The notes: generated by a model from the letters alone, not told the origin. A stretch of DNA of 64,000 bases from Candidatus Micrarchaeota archaeon (GCA_964647855.1 CAZYJW010000002.1:308399-372398), one strand, 5' to 3'; shown: positions 10,275 to 18,500, numbered from the stretch's first letter. Numbers and translations are program-made.

Positions 10275-10296
10275 TTGTCGTATTAAATATACGGAT

Positions 10297-11274
10297 ATGA
10301 AAAATGGGGCGCGCAGGACACCCCTTGCGCTGGCTTTCGGGGACCACCCGGGGAACTTCCACGGGCTGAGGTTCCCGGCGGACAGGGCGTTCTTCCGTGC
10401 CGCAGTAGTCCCGTTCCTCGAGAACGCGGTCCTGAAGGAGGGGCGGAACGCGATAATCATCCACGAGTTCAACACCGGCCTGGAGCTCGGGCACCTAGAC
10501 CGCCACAATCCGGAGCATGCGGAGGCGGTCGAGAACGCCATGGCGGGCATCGAGAGGGGCATCAACGAGCATTTCAGCGAGACGCTCGATGCCGGCAGAA
10601 GGCTCGTCCGCTACTCGGACTGGTTCGACTGGGGCTACGTCGACGACGTGGCGCGGATGAACGGGAGTGCCCCTGGAAGGGTGCGCAGCATCGTCGAGCC
10701 TCTCCGCGCATCCACGGCATGGCTGGTGCATGATAGCATCGCGCCCCGCAGGCGAATTCGGGCGGCGGAGGGCTTCGACGGCATGGTGGAGGAGGAGTGC
10801 GAAGCCATCCGGTTTTCGATCGCGATATGCCTCGAGCGGAGCAGGCGCGTTTCGGCGCTCGTGAAGGAGATAAGGGCCGCGGACCCGGATATCGCAATCG
10901 TTGTCCCGAGGGGATGGGCGCACAGGGGGATGGAAACCGACTTCGATTTCTCGGAGTTCCAGATTGTGGCTTCGGCGGCGCTCAAAGGCGTCCCCCACTT
11001 CTCTTCGGAGGCAGTGGTGGAATCATTCTCACGGGAACTCGGGCAGGACGAGCTGCACAGGTATGCGAGGCTCACGCTTTATGGCGAGATGTACCATTCC
11101 CACAACCGCGAACGGCTCGGGGCAATCCTGGAAATGGGTCCAGAAGCAGCCCAGAAGGCGATGTGGGAGTTCAATGCCGGCGCAAGGCGCTATGCCCTCG
11201 CGATGGAGGATGCCCGGATGAGCGCAGAGCGGCTTTCCGAAGGATTCGCAAGGATGCAGGGCAAGACGGCCTGA
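10297..11274 (+). CDS. Hypothetical protein (325 aa)
   Basis: Long ORF with GC3 bias; no family recognised. Confidence 0.6.
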   Translation: MKNGARRTPLALAFGDHPGNFHGLRFPADRAFFRAAVVPFLENAVLKEGRNAIIIHEFNTGLELGHLDRHNPEHAEAVENAMAGIERGINEHFSETLDAGRRLVRYSDWFDWGYVDDVARMNGSAPGRVRSIVEPLRASTAWLVHDSIAPRRRIRAAEGFDGMVEEECEAIRFSIAICLERSRRVSALVKEIRAADPDIAIVVPRGWAHRGMETDFDFSEFQIVASAALKGVPHFSSEAVVESFSRELGQDELHRYARLTLYGEMYHSHNRERLGAILEMGPEAAQKAMWEFNAGARRYALAMEDARMSAERLSEGFARMQGKTA

Positions 11275-11276
11275 TG

Positions 11277-11897
11277 CTATGCGCTCCTTCCGCCATGGGG
11301 GATGAGCTCGGATATGGCAGAGGCGACCGCCTCGCTGCCGTCGAACGCCCTAAGCGATTCTGCCGCCCGCGCGGCAATCTCCGGAAAGCGCTCGGCAAGC
11401 AGGATGATTGCGCGCAGATGGCGTTCCGGGGCGGCGATGTCGGCCGCGACAAGCGGGACGATGGCGTCCAGCTCCCTTTCGCCGCCTATTTGCGAAAGGG
11501 CTTCCGAGGCGGCCTCGCGGACCGTCCGCATCGAGCCGTAGAGAGCGAGGGCGCCCCGCACGAGCGGGAGGCCTTCGGGCTCCCCGTACTCGGCTATGAC
11601 CGCGACCGTGCGGGCTACGAGCCGCTCCCTGATGGAGAGGTCGGCAATCGCGAGGTCGGCGTGCTCGAGGATGTAGCGGCATTTGCGCAGGGCTGTCAGG
11701 CCGGGGTCGCCGACGGTGATGTCCGAGCGGATTTCCGCCTCGGCGAGGATCGCGCGGTCGGCTTCCGGCATTTTTGAAGTGAACGAGCCCACGGCGCATG
11801 GCGGGTCGATGGAGGGGCGTTCGGAATAGTGGAGCCGCCTCGCCTTGCTTATGGCGATTATTTTCTGCGTATCCACCGCCCGGTTGCCCCCAGCCAT
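11277..11897 (-). CDS. HEAT/PBS-lyase-like repeat protein (206 aa)
   Basis: Repeated helical units such as LPLVRGALALYGSMRTVREAASEALSQIGGERELDAIVPLV; ORF-track start 11939 lies in an AT-rich TATA region, so ATG at 11897 (MAGGNR) preferred. Confidence 0.5.
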   Translation of the reverse strand: MAGGNRAVDTQKIIAISKARRLHYSERPSIDPPCAVGSFTSKMPEADRAILAEAEIRSDITVGDPGLTALRKCRYILEHADLAIADLSIRERLVARTVAVIAEYGEPEGLPLVRGALALYGSMRTVREAASEALSQIGGERELDAIVPLVAADIAAPERHLRAIILLAERFPEIAARAAESLRAFDGSEAVASAISELIPHGGRSA

Positions 11898-11919
11898 ACC
11901 ATATTGATATAATACGCAA

Positions 11920-11933
11920 TTATTTAAAATATA
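11920..11933 (-). promoter_or_regulatory. TATA-like box about 29 nt upstream of ATG 11897 (minus strand)
   Basis: TTATTTAAAATATA in an otherwise GC-rich context. Confidence 0.4.
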
Positions 11934-12100
11934 CCACAATTATCCCGCCAACGCGCGTTTTGCCCACAGAGGGTACGTAAAACACACCAAGAAGCATCAG
12001 AATTTGCGACTGTTCCGCATCAAGATTTATATATGTTATGGAACTAACATATCTTGGTTCATGCTCGTTTTAAGTGCATGGGAGGATAACTGGTCGCCTT

Positions 12101-12122
12101 GCCAGCGGAGCGATCCGCTGGC
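12101..12122 (+). other. Perfect 9-bp hairpin capped by a GNRA tetraloop (GCCAGCGGA-GCGA-TCCGCTGGC) in a non-coding region
   Basis: Read directly from sequence; strand of the RNA, if any, is unknown (GCGA on plus strand, TCGC on minus). Confidence 0.5.
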
Positions 12123-12154
12123 CTATTTCTATTCACTTGAAACTTTGGCTTAGT

Positions 12155-12182
12155 CATACTCAGGGCAAAGTTTCATCAAACC
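12155..12182 (+). repeat. Copy A of 28-nt element CATACTCAGGGCAAAGTTTCATCAAACC
   Basis: 27/28 identical to copy B located 56 nt downstream; core GTTTcatcAAAC is a GTTT-N4-AAAC dyad. Confidence 0.85.
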
Positions 12183-12210
12183 AGGAGATGAACTCCGGAT
12201 ACTGGCTGGC

Positions 12211-12238
12211 CATACCCAGGGCAAAGTTTCATCAAACC
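12211..12238 (+). repeat. Copy B of 28-nt element CATACCCAGGGCAAAGTTTCATCAAACC
   Basis: Direct repeat of copy A. Confidence 0.85.
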
Positions 12239-12317
12239 TAGAGTTGCTTCTCCTGCATGGGGATATGCTTGGGGAAATGCCCCATCAAAGCCATCGGTTT
12301 TTCCTTCCCCACTCGTG

Positions 12318-12329
12318 CTTATTTAAAGC
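12318..12329 (+). promoter_or_regulatory. TATA-like box (CTTATTTAAAGC) about 36 nt upstream of rtcA ATG
   Basis: AT-rich element at promoter distance from 12360. Confidence 0.4.
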
Positions 12330-12359
12330 AGGGCAGCATCAATTCCCTGGGGCAATGCC

Positions 12360-13334
12360 ATGATGGAAGATGCGGTTGAGATTGACGGCTCATACGGGGA
12401 AGGCGGCGGGCAGGTAATCCGCACCTCGCTCACGCTCGCGGCAATCACGCAGAAGCCCCTCAGGATAACCGGGATAAGGGCGAACCGGCCGAACCCGGGC
12501 CTCCAGCCCCAGCACCTTACCGCATGCAAGGCGGTCCGGAACGTGTGCAGGGGCACGCTGGAGGGCGCCGAAATCGGCAGCCGGGAGCTGGCCTTCAAGC
12601 CGGGGCCGATCGTGGGCGGCAGGTACGATTTCGACATCGGGACCGCCGGCTCCGTCACGCTGGTCGCCCAGGCGCTGGTTCCCATCCTCCTTCGCGCCTC
12701 CAAAAGGAGCGAAATCAGGATAAGCGGGGGCACCCACGTGATGAAATCCCCCGGATACGACTATTTCGAGCGCGTGTTCCTTCCGGCGGCCTCCCGCTTC
12801 GGCGCAAGGATCAATTCGAGGATGCTCCGGCCGGGGTTCTACCCCAAAGGCGGCGGGACAATCGAGGTGTCGGTCGAGCCGTCAGTTCTTTCGGGCTGCT
12901 CCGCCTGGCCGCACGAGGACCATGTCCAGGCGGTAATCAGGCTCGCACAGCTTCCGCCCCACATCGGGGTCAGGGAGAAGAAGGTGTTTGTCCAGAACGG
13001 GATAGGGCACGTCTCGGTTTACGAGGACGACGCCCTTTCTCCCGGAAATGCGGTCACGGCCTGGCGGGGGTTACGGGGGGCCTATGCCCTGGGCGAGAAG
13101 GGGAAGAGGGCAGAATCCGTGGCGCAGGAGGCGCTGGATTTCCTGGGGGGGGAAAACGGCGATGTCGACTCGCACCTTGCGGACCAGCTCCTCGCCTATG
13201 CGGCGCTCGCGGACGGCCCGACGAGATACACCATGGGGCATGCGACCCCGCACCTGCGCACGAACGCCCACGTGATAGGGAAGTTCCTGGGGAGGGACAT
13301 CAGGATAGCCGACGGTTGCGTGGAAGTGGGATGA
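12360..13334 (+). CDS. rtcA: RNA 3'-terminal phosphate cyclase
   Basis: N-terminus [46 protein letters not shown] and [14 protein letters not shown] are the RtcA signature; length 324 aa. Confidence 0.9.
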   Translation: MMEDAVEIDGSYGEGGGQVIRTSLTLAAITQKPLRITGIRANRPNPGLQPQHLTACKAVRNVCRGTLEGAEIGSRELAFKPGPIVGGRYDFDIGTAGSVTLVAQALVPILLRASKRSEIRISGGTHVMKSPGYDYFERVFLPAASRFGARINSRMLRPGFYPKGGGTIEVSVEPSVLSGCSAWPHEDHVQAVIRLAQLPPHIGVREKKVFVQNGIGHVSVYEDDALSPGNAVTAWRGLRGAYALGEKGKRAESVAQEALDFLGGENGDVDSHLADQLLAYAALADGPTRYTMGHATPHLRTNAHVIGKFLGRDIRIADGCVEVG

Positions 13335-13341
13335 CGCCGCC

Positions 13342-13929
13342 TCACTGCTTCGGGGAGGCGCCGACTGAGAGAATGGTGCCGTTCCTGTGGACCTCGACTG
13401 CCATGTAGGATTCCTCTAAGGGCGAGTCCCAGACAACGGTCCATGATTCCCCGCGGGGGTTCTCCGCCACCCTGGGGCGCGCGCCCTCCGCCCCGTAGAC
13501 ATACGAGTGCACCGCGGATGTCCCGGGGAACGTGTGGGACGCTATCACCGCCTCCTCGGGGAAGGCGATTGTGCAGATGCCCTCGGTGCAGACCGAGCAG
13601 CCGCTCGTTATGACCTCGGCCGGCTGGGGCACGAAGTTCTGCGCCGGGTAGTTGTAGAATATGTGGGAGCGTTCGGGGCAGGGGCTTTCCGGGCTTTCGG
13701 TCACGCGGGCCTTCACCTCGAAATATCTCGCCCCGGCCGGATTCGTCTTCTGCACTATGGACATGATTGAGATTTCCGCGCCGGGGTACTTGCTTTCGAG
13801 GTCCTCGAGCACGAACTTGCTCGCGTCGGCCTCGACCACGTCGACCTGGAAGAATTCGATGACCTTCACAAGGACCGCTATCACGAGCAGAAGGGCGAGG
13901 ATGAGCACAAGCTCCCGGCGGATAGCCAT
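13342..13929 (-). CDS. Membrane-anchored hypothetical protein (195 aa), N-terminal TM, Cys-containing ectodomain
   Basis: N-terminal LVLILALLLVIAVLV hydrophobic helix; GC3 bias. Confidence 0.6.
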   Translation of the reverse strand: MAIRRELVLILALLLVIAVLVKVIEFFQVDVVEADASKFVLEDLESKYPGAEISIMSIVQKTNPAGARYFEVKARVTESPESPCPERSHIFYNYPAQNFVPQPAEVITSGCSVCTEGICTIAFPEEAVIASHTFPGTSAVHSYVYGAEGARPRVAENPRGESWTVVWDSPLEESYMAVEVHRNGTILSVGASPKQ

Positions 13930-13953
13930 GTGACAACAACCCGCTCAAGCTTT

Positions 13954-14289
13954 TTATTCCTTGCTTTCCGAGAGGGAGAGGATAGCTTCGGCGATGTCGC
14001 CTCCGGATTTCTCAAGGGCGGCCTTCGCCTCCTCCTCCGAGCAGCCCGCCTGCTCCATCACCATCCGGATGTCCTCGGCGCTGGATTTCTCCTCGACGCG
14101 CACGTTGCCGGCTATCTGGAAGGATGCCTGGCCCTGCATGGTGATTTTCGTGACCTGGGGCTCCTCGATGATTATGGCCCCGGACGAGGTCTCTATGGTG
14201 ACCTTGCTGGCGCTTATTTCCTCGCTCTTGATGCCCATCTGGCGCATGAGCGCCTGCATCTTCTTCGGGTCCATTCCGCCGGGTATCAT
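13954..14289 (-). CDS. nac: Nascent polypeptide-associated complex protein (archaeal NAC alpha)
   Basis: MDPKKMQALMRQMGIK start, NAC beta-barrel segment, C-terminal UBA-like EEDIRMVMEQAGCSEEEAKAALEKSGGDIAEAIL. Confidence 0.9.
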   Translation of the reverse strand: MIPGGMDPKKMQALMRQMGIKSEEISASKVTIETSSGAIIIEEPQVTKITMQGQASFQIAGNVRVEEKSSAEDIRMVMEQAGCSEEEAKAALEKSGGDIAEAILSLSESKE

Positions 14290-14358
14290 AGGTCTGGCCT
14301 CTTAGGGGGGTTTCCGGTTTCGGGCATGCCGGGTTTCCCCCGCACGAAACCGAACGGT

Positions 14359-14364
14359 AAAAAA
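14359..14364 (-). terminator. Oligo-T tract (T6 on minus strand) downstream of rps3ae
   Basis: A6 on plus strand between rps3ae stop and nac start; archaeal terminators are oligo-T. Confidence 0.3.
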
Positions 14365-14384
14365 TGACGAAGAACGCCTCATGA

Positions 14385-14413
14385 AGTTTGATGAAACTTT
14401 ACCCTAAGCCATG
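14385..14413 (-). repeat. Copy C (inverted orientation) of the GGG(C/T)AAAGTTTCATCAAAC element
   Basis: Plus strand GTTTGATGAAACTTTACCCT is the reverse complement of the copy A/B core with 1 mismatch over 20 nt. Confidence 0.75.
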
Positions 14414-14426
14414 GCGAAGGAAGGTT

Positions 14427-15020
14427 TCATTTGAAGGACTCGCCGCGCTCGGACCTGCGTATCTCGACGCGCCTCATCCGGGTTATCGTCTTGAGCCTGC
14501 TGAAGACCTTGGAGGAGAAGCGGCCGTAGATGACGTCCTGGATGACCTCGTCGAAGGGCTTCTCGGCTATCGACTTCTTGCACTCGTCGACGATCAGGGT
14601 GCGCAGGTTCCTGCGGGTGTTCTCGCTGACGCGCGCGCCCGTCACCGCGATTATCTTTAGGCGCAGCGGCTCGTTGTCCTTGGTCTTCTCGTCCACGACC
14701 TGGTGGATGAGCGATTTGCCGCGCCTCGCGAACGTCCTGATGAATGATGGCGCTATCTCATGGCCGAGCAGCTTAGTGTTCGCATCGCTGCCGTTCACGT
14801 CCTGTATCCTGAAGCGCAGCGTGGTGAACATCGCCATCTGCGACCCGCCGCCCATGCCCAGCTCAAGCAGGCTCGAGCGCACGATTCGGTTCAGGAGCCT
14901 CTTGTCGTCCGATGCCACCACCTCGCAGAGCTCCTTGTGCTCGAAGAGCGGCGGCGCCTTTACCGAGTACCATTTCTTAGCCTTCCATTTGTCGACAGTC
15001 TTGACCTTTTTGCCTGCTAT
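14427..15020 (-). CDS. rps3ae: 30S ribosomal protein S3Ae (eS1); 5' end uncertain, no canonical start codon
   Basis: ORF-track model starts at internal GTG (14921), but upstream in-frame codons read IAGKKVKTVDKWKAKKWYSVKAPPLFEHKELCEVV, the conserved S3Ae N-terminus, with good GC3. There is no ATG/GTG/TTG between in-frame stop (15038-15036) and 14921. Confidence 0.75.
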   Translation of the reverse strand: MAGKKVKTVDKWKAKKWYSVKAPPLFEHKELCEVVASDDKRLLNRIVRSSLLELGMGGGSQMAMFTTLRFRIQDVNGSDANTKLLGHEIAPSFIRTFARRGKSLIHQVVDEKTKDNEPLRLKIIAVTGARVSENTRRNLRTLIVDECKKSIAEKPFDEVIQDVIYGRFSSKVFSRLKTITRMRRVEIRRSERGESFK

Positions 15021-15030
15021 GCAATCACCG

Positions 15031-15486
15031 TCACTTCACGAGGAGCGATGCCTTGTCGCGCTCATACCTCCAGCCCGGAGGGAGCATGCCCTTCGATGAG
15101 TAGTATTTCACCAGCCGCTGTATCTTGGACTCGACATGGCCGAGCTTCACCTGGTTGTGGACGTCGTTCTTGGACGCCTTGATGTGGGAGGTGATGCGCA
15201 CGGCCTTCTTGATGAGGTTGAGGAGGTCCTCGGGGTAGTCGCCGAGCGCCTTCTCCTTGGCCAGGAACGCCTTCAGCGTCATGCCGAGGTGGGCGCGCAG
15301 GTTGGCGATGCCGTGCTGGTCGCGCAGGATTAGCCCGATTTTCGCGGGCGGCACGCCCTCGCGGGCCATCTTCAGGATCATCTCCTCTATCTCGTCTTTC
15401 TTGGCGGGGGCCCATTCGGGGGTTTCCCTGGACTTCGGCCTTTTCGTGCCGGATTTCCCTTTCTTCTTTGAGTGCAATCTTGCCAT
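15031..15486 (-). CDS. rps15: 30S ribosomal protein S15 (uS15)
   Basis: MARLHSKKKGKSGTKRP N-terminus, GLILRDQHGI, HLEKNKKD-like SKNDVHNQ, 151 aa archaeal-type length. Confidence 0.9.
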   Translation of the reverse strand: MARLHSKKKGKSGTKRPKSRETPEWAPAKKDEIEEMILKMAREGVPPAKIGLILRDQHGIANLRAHLGMTLKAFLAKEKALGDYPEDLLNLIKKAVRITSHIKASKNDVHNQVKLGHVESKIQRLVKYYSSKGMLPPGWRYERDKASLLVK

Positions 15487-15509
15487 TATATCCCTCTCAG
15501 GTAATAACG

Positions 15510-16067
15510 CTACAGCTCTAGAGTCTTGGAGAATTCTAGAAGAGAACGATATCTATGTGAGGTCTTGTTTTTTAATTCTATGTTTTCCGCGAACGTCTGA
15601 GAATGGCCTTCAGGCACGAATATCGGGTCGTAGCCGAAGCCGCCCCTTCCGCGCGCCTCCATGGCGATGCTGCCCGGGCAGAGCCCCCTGAAGACGGATA
15701 TCCCTGCGCCGTCGTGGTAGGCGATGCACGCCTCGAAGCGGGCGGAGCGCCCCCCGTGCCCCGCCATGAGCCTTAGTATCCCCCCGTTCCCTATCTTCCC
15801 CTGCACCCAGCCCGAGTACGTCCCTGGGAATCCGTTCAGGGCGTCGATGAAGAGCCCGGAGTCCTCCACGAAGACGGGCCTGCGGCACTCCCTGAAGGCG
15901 GCTTCGGCCGCCTCCCGGGCAATCTCCTCGAGATTGTCAGAGCGTATCTCCCCGTGGCTGAAGGGAAGCCTGGAGACATCGATGCCGAAGGATGCCAGGA
16001 ACGCCCTCGCCTCGCCGAACTTATGGGCGTTCGAGGTCGCAAAGAGTACCGCTTTCACGCCATTCAT
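15510..16067 (-). CDS. Non-canonical purine NTP pyrophosphatase (HAM1/RdgB/ITPase family)
   Basis: FATSNAHKFGEA, VEDSGLFIDALNGFPGTYS, RGRGGFGYDPIF, KNKTSHRYRS; start trimmed to ATG 16067 (MNGVKAV) because the upstream 70 codons are AT-rich. Confidence 0.85.
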   Translation of the reverse strand: MNGVKAVLFATSNAHKFGEARAFLASFGIDVSRLPFSHGEIRSDNLEEIAREAAEAAFRECRRPVFVEDSGLFIDALNGFPGTYSGWVQGKIGNGGILRLMAGHGGRSARFEACIAYHDGAGISVFRGLCPGSIAMEARGRGGFGYDPIFVPEGHSQTFAENIELKNKTSHRYRSLLEFSKTLEL

Positions 16068-16158
16068 TCGGAGGGAAGATAAATAAGAGGTGGCCTGGCG
16101 AATGAAATAACCATATTTATAAAGTTTTAGGAATGAATACTCCAATAGTGAAAGAAAA

Positions 16159-16605
16159 ATGGATAAAAAACTTGATGAGAAGGATTTCGCGCTGATCGCG
16201 GAGCTGCGGAAGGATTCCAAGCTCTCTGAGCAGAAATTGGCAAGGAAGACCAGTATACCCATGACAACGGTGCACAACCGTCTGAGGAAGCTGCGCGGGC
16301 TTGGCGTGATAACCGGCTACACGATAAGGCTGGACCACGCCAAGCTCGGCAGGCCTCTGACAGCGTACGTGCTTGTCAAGGCGGCGCCCGGAACCGACCA
16401 GAAGAGGCTCCTTGGGCGCCTCTGCGCACTTCCGGGCCTCTGCGAGGGCGCCGTCGTGTCGGGAGGCGAGTTCGACGTTCTCCTCAAGATGAGGGCGGCG
16501 TCGCTGAGGGAGCTCGGGGAGGCCGTCACGGACGGCCTGAGGATGCAGAAGGGCGTCCTCGACGCGCGCATGATGATAGCTTACGAGAGCGCCGAGAGGG
16601 AGTGA
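16159..16605 (+). CDS. Lrp/AsnC family transcriptional regulator
   Basis: N-terminal wHTH (LDEKDFALIAELRKDSKLSEQKLARKTSIPMTTVHNRLRKLRGLGVI) plus C-terminal RAM/AsnC_trans_reg fold pattern. Confidence 0.85.
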   Translation: MDKKLDEKDFALIAELRKDSKLSEQKLARKTSIPMTTVHNRLRKLRGLGVITGYTIRLDHAKLGRPLTAYVLVKAAPGTDQKRLLGRLCALPGLCEGAVVSGGEFDVLLKMRAASLRELGEAVTDGLRMQKGVLDARMMIAYESAERE

Positions 16606-17417
16606 GGAACGGGAGCGAGGTGTTCGTGATGAAGAAGGCGAGAAGGGAGAAGGGTAAGCCCGGGAATGCGGCCGCGCCGGAAGAGCAGCCTGCGGAAACG
16701 CCCGCGGCAAAGGCCGCCAAGCCCGGCGGCCCCGTAGCGGCGCCGCCCCAGCCGGACATGGCCGCGGTCCTGAAGGAAATGGAGAACGCGCTCTTCGCGG
16801 TCAAGTTCTATCCGGTTGCCGTGAACGAGGAGTCCAAGAACGAGGCGCTGAGGAAGCTCGAGGGCATATACGCCGGGGGGAGCGAGACGGTCCGCCAGAT
16901 GCTGATATACATGCTCCATGAGAACCTATCCCAGAGCATGGAGCTCAAGACCATGCACACCCTCGAATACTTCAGGGCGAGGGGGCAGGGGGCGGGGGAC
17001 CCGGCCCAGCACAGGATGAGCGTCTACCGGGCGATATTCAACTACAACACTTCGCTCGAAGGCCTCCTGGAGTTCATCAGGCTGCTCGGGCGCCTCCGGG
17101 GCGGGGACGACGGCATAAAGCTCCTCACCTACCACTATTCGCACCTCTGCGCGGCGGAGAACGAGGCGAGCCACGTGCTGCGGAACGCGATACTCGAGTC
17201 GCTCGGTAACTCGGAGTCCAAGTACGCGCTTCTTGCGCTTCTCGACTACGCCGAGTACACCGACAGCGAGCGCTCCTTCGGCAGGATAGTCAGCGCGCTG
17301 TCCGAGTGGGAGGACCGCCTCGAGTCGCTGGGCATGCCGGAAATCGAGAAGGAGGCTGTCCGCGAGAGGCTAAAAAGGATTGTCACGAGCGATTTCGGCG
17401 GGTCGCATTACGGATGA
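16602..17417 (+). CDS. Hypothetical helical-repeat protein (271 aa; alternative ATG start at 16629)
   Basis: GTGA overlap with upstream stop, or ATG 16629; GC3 bias; no family recognised. Confidence 0.55.
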   Translation: MRNGSEVFVMKKARREKGKPGNAAAPEEQPAETPAAKAAKPGGPVAAPPQPDMAAVLKEMENALFAVKFYPVAVNEESKNEALRKLEGIYAGGSETVRQMLIYMLHENLSQSMELKTMHTLEYFRARGQGAGDPAQHRMSVYRAIFNYNTSLEGLLEFIRLLGRLRGGDDGIKLLTYHYSHLCAAENEASHVLRNAILESLGNSESKYALLALLDYAEYTDSERSFGRIVSALSEWEDRLESLGMPEIEKEAVRERLKRIVTSDFGGSHYG

Positions 17418-17459
17418 GGAGCCGGAGCCGCCGGTGGCTCGGGAAAATCGGGGGCGGCG

Positions 17460-18500
17460 CTATGCGGCTTCCGATGCTTCCGTGAAATCCAGCTGGGTCC
17501 TGCACTGCGGGTCCTCCTGGAGGAAGCCCGAGATGAAGAGCTTGAAATAGCCCAGGATGGGGACGCGGCCTATCACCACGCCGCGCACGCGGTCCTCCGG
17601 CACGGGGCGGTTGTAGGCGCCGTAGCGGTAGTCATAGACCTGGAGGTCGAGGAGCGGGTTGTTGTCGCCGCGCGTGAGGTAGTATTTCGAGCCGTTGGCG
17701 TCTATCACGAAGAATGCCCGGTGCACTATGTCGCCGATGCTTGCGTAGGCGTCCTCCGGCCGGGGCTGGTATACGATAACGTCGTTCGAGAAGTCGGTGA
17801 AGTATTCGGTTCCGTGGAACTCCACCGACCTGAGGCACGGCATGTGGGCGAGCGAGCCGTTCGAATATGCCAGGCTGCAGCGCTCGTAGCGGTATGTGAA
17901 GGGCCCCTTCGCCTCCACGACAGATTCCGGCGTGTTGATGAGGGCGCCGCACACGGCGGGCCGGCGGTCCGCGACGCAGTATGGGAAGAGCGAGCCGCTT
18001 ATCGTCGCCTCCCCGCCCGGGTATGTGATGGCGGCGGGGCCGTTGAGCGCGGCCAGCTCTGCCCCGGTCATGCTGATTTCGTGCGCGCGAACGGGTGCGC
18101 CCTGCACGATGACGAAGTCCCCCCGCTGGAGGTTCGGGAGCATGCTGCAGGAGACCACCGCCGAGACGGGGGTGCTGGTGTCGAGCAGGAATGACGCGCC
18201 GAACCAGATGGCGAGCGCGATTGCGAGAGCGACCACGGTGTCGAGCGCCTCGTGCTTCCAGCCGTGCTTTGCCGCGCCCTCCTTCACCTCGGCCATCACG
18301 AAGTATGCGATTTCAAGGACCACTAGCAAGCCGAAGAGGACCGGAAGGAAGTTGAGCCCCGAGCGCGGGTCGCCGAAAAGGGCGTTGGATATGAGGGCGA
18401 GGGCGAGGGTGGAGAACAGGACGATAAGCTGGATGTGCGTCTTCCGGAGCTCCTCGCCGATGCCCGGAGACGCTCCCCCTGCGCCCCCTTTCGCCTTCAT
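17460..18500 (-). CDS. Signal peptidase I (archaeal Sec11/S26B type), enlarged (346 aa)
   Basis: SCSMLPNLQRGDFVIV (Ser box), DIVHRAFFV (His box), YYLTRGDNNPLLD; three N-terminal TM helices and an insertion of ~115 aa between boxes. Confidence 0.75.
   Translation of the reverse strand: MKAKGGAGGASPGIGEELRKTHIQLIVLFSTLALALISNALFGDPRSGLNFLPVLFGLLVVLEIAYFVMAEVKEGAAKHGWKHEALDTVVALAIALAIWFGASFLLDTSTPVSAVVSCSMLPNLQRGDFVIVQGAPVRAHEISMTGAELAALNGPAAITYPGGEATISGSLFPYCVADRRPAVCGALINTPESVVEAKGPFTYRYERCSLAYSNGSLAHMPCLRSVEFHGTEYFTDFSNDVIVYQPRPEDAYASIGDIVHRAFFVIDANGSKYYLTRGDNNPLLDLQVYDYRYGAYNRPVPEDRVRGVVIGRVPILGYFKLFISGFLQEDPQCRTQLDFTEASEAA

Noticed and set aside
12155-12240. Box C/D sRNA reading of the repeated element: the minus strand reads TGATGA-N9-CTGG ... 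TGATGA-N9-CTGA
   Set aside because: Guide spacers would be only 9 nt, the C-to-C' distance (56 nt) is too long for one archaeal sRNA, the first D' box is CTGG, and the third copy has CTAA instead of CTGA. It remains only a remote possibility.
12060-12302. SRP (7S) RNA or RNase P RNA in the AT-rich island
   Set aside because: No recognisable helix-8 GGAA/AGCA-type SRP motif or RNase P conserved regions by eye. The region is AT-rich and shorter than typical. It is reported only as an unclassified candidate ncRNA.
12155-14413. Inverted repeats bracketing 2.2 kb as a mobile element or MITE-like cassette
   Set aside because: The enclosed genes are housekeeping (rtcA, nac). There is no transposase or integrase and no target-site duplication, and the left end is itself duplicated in direct orientation.
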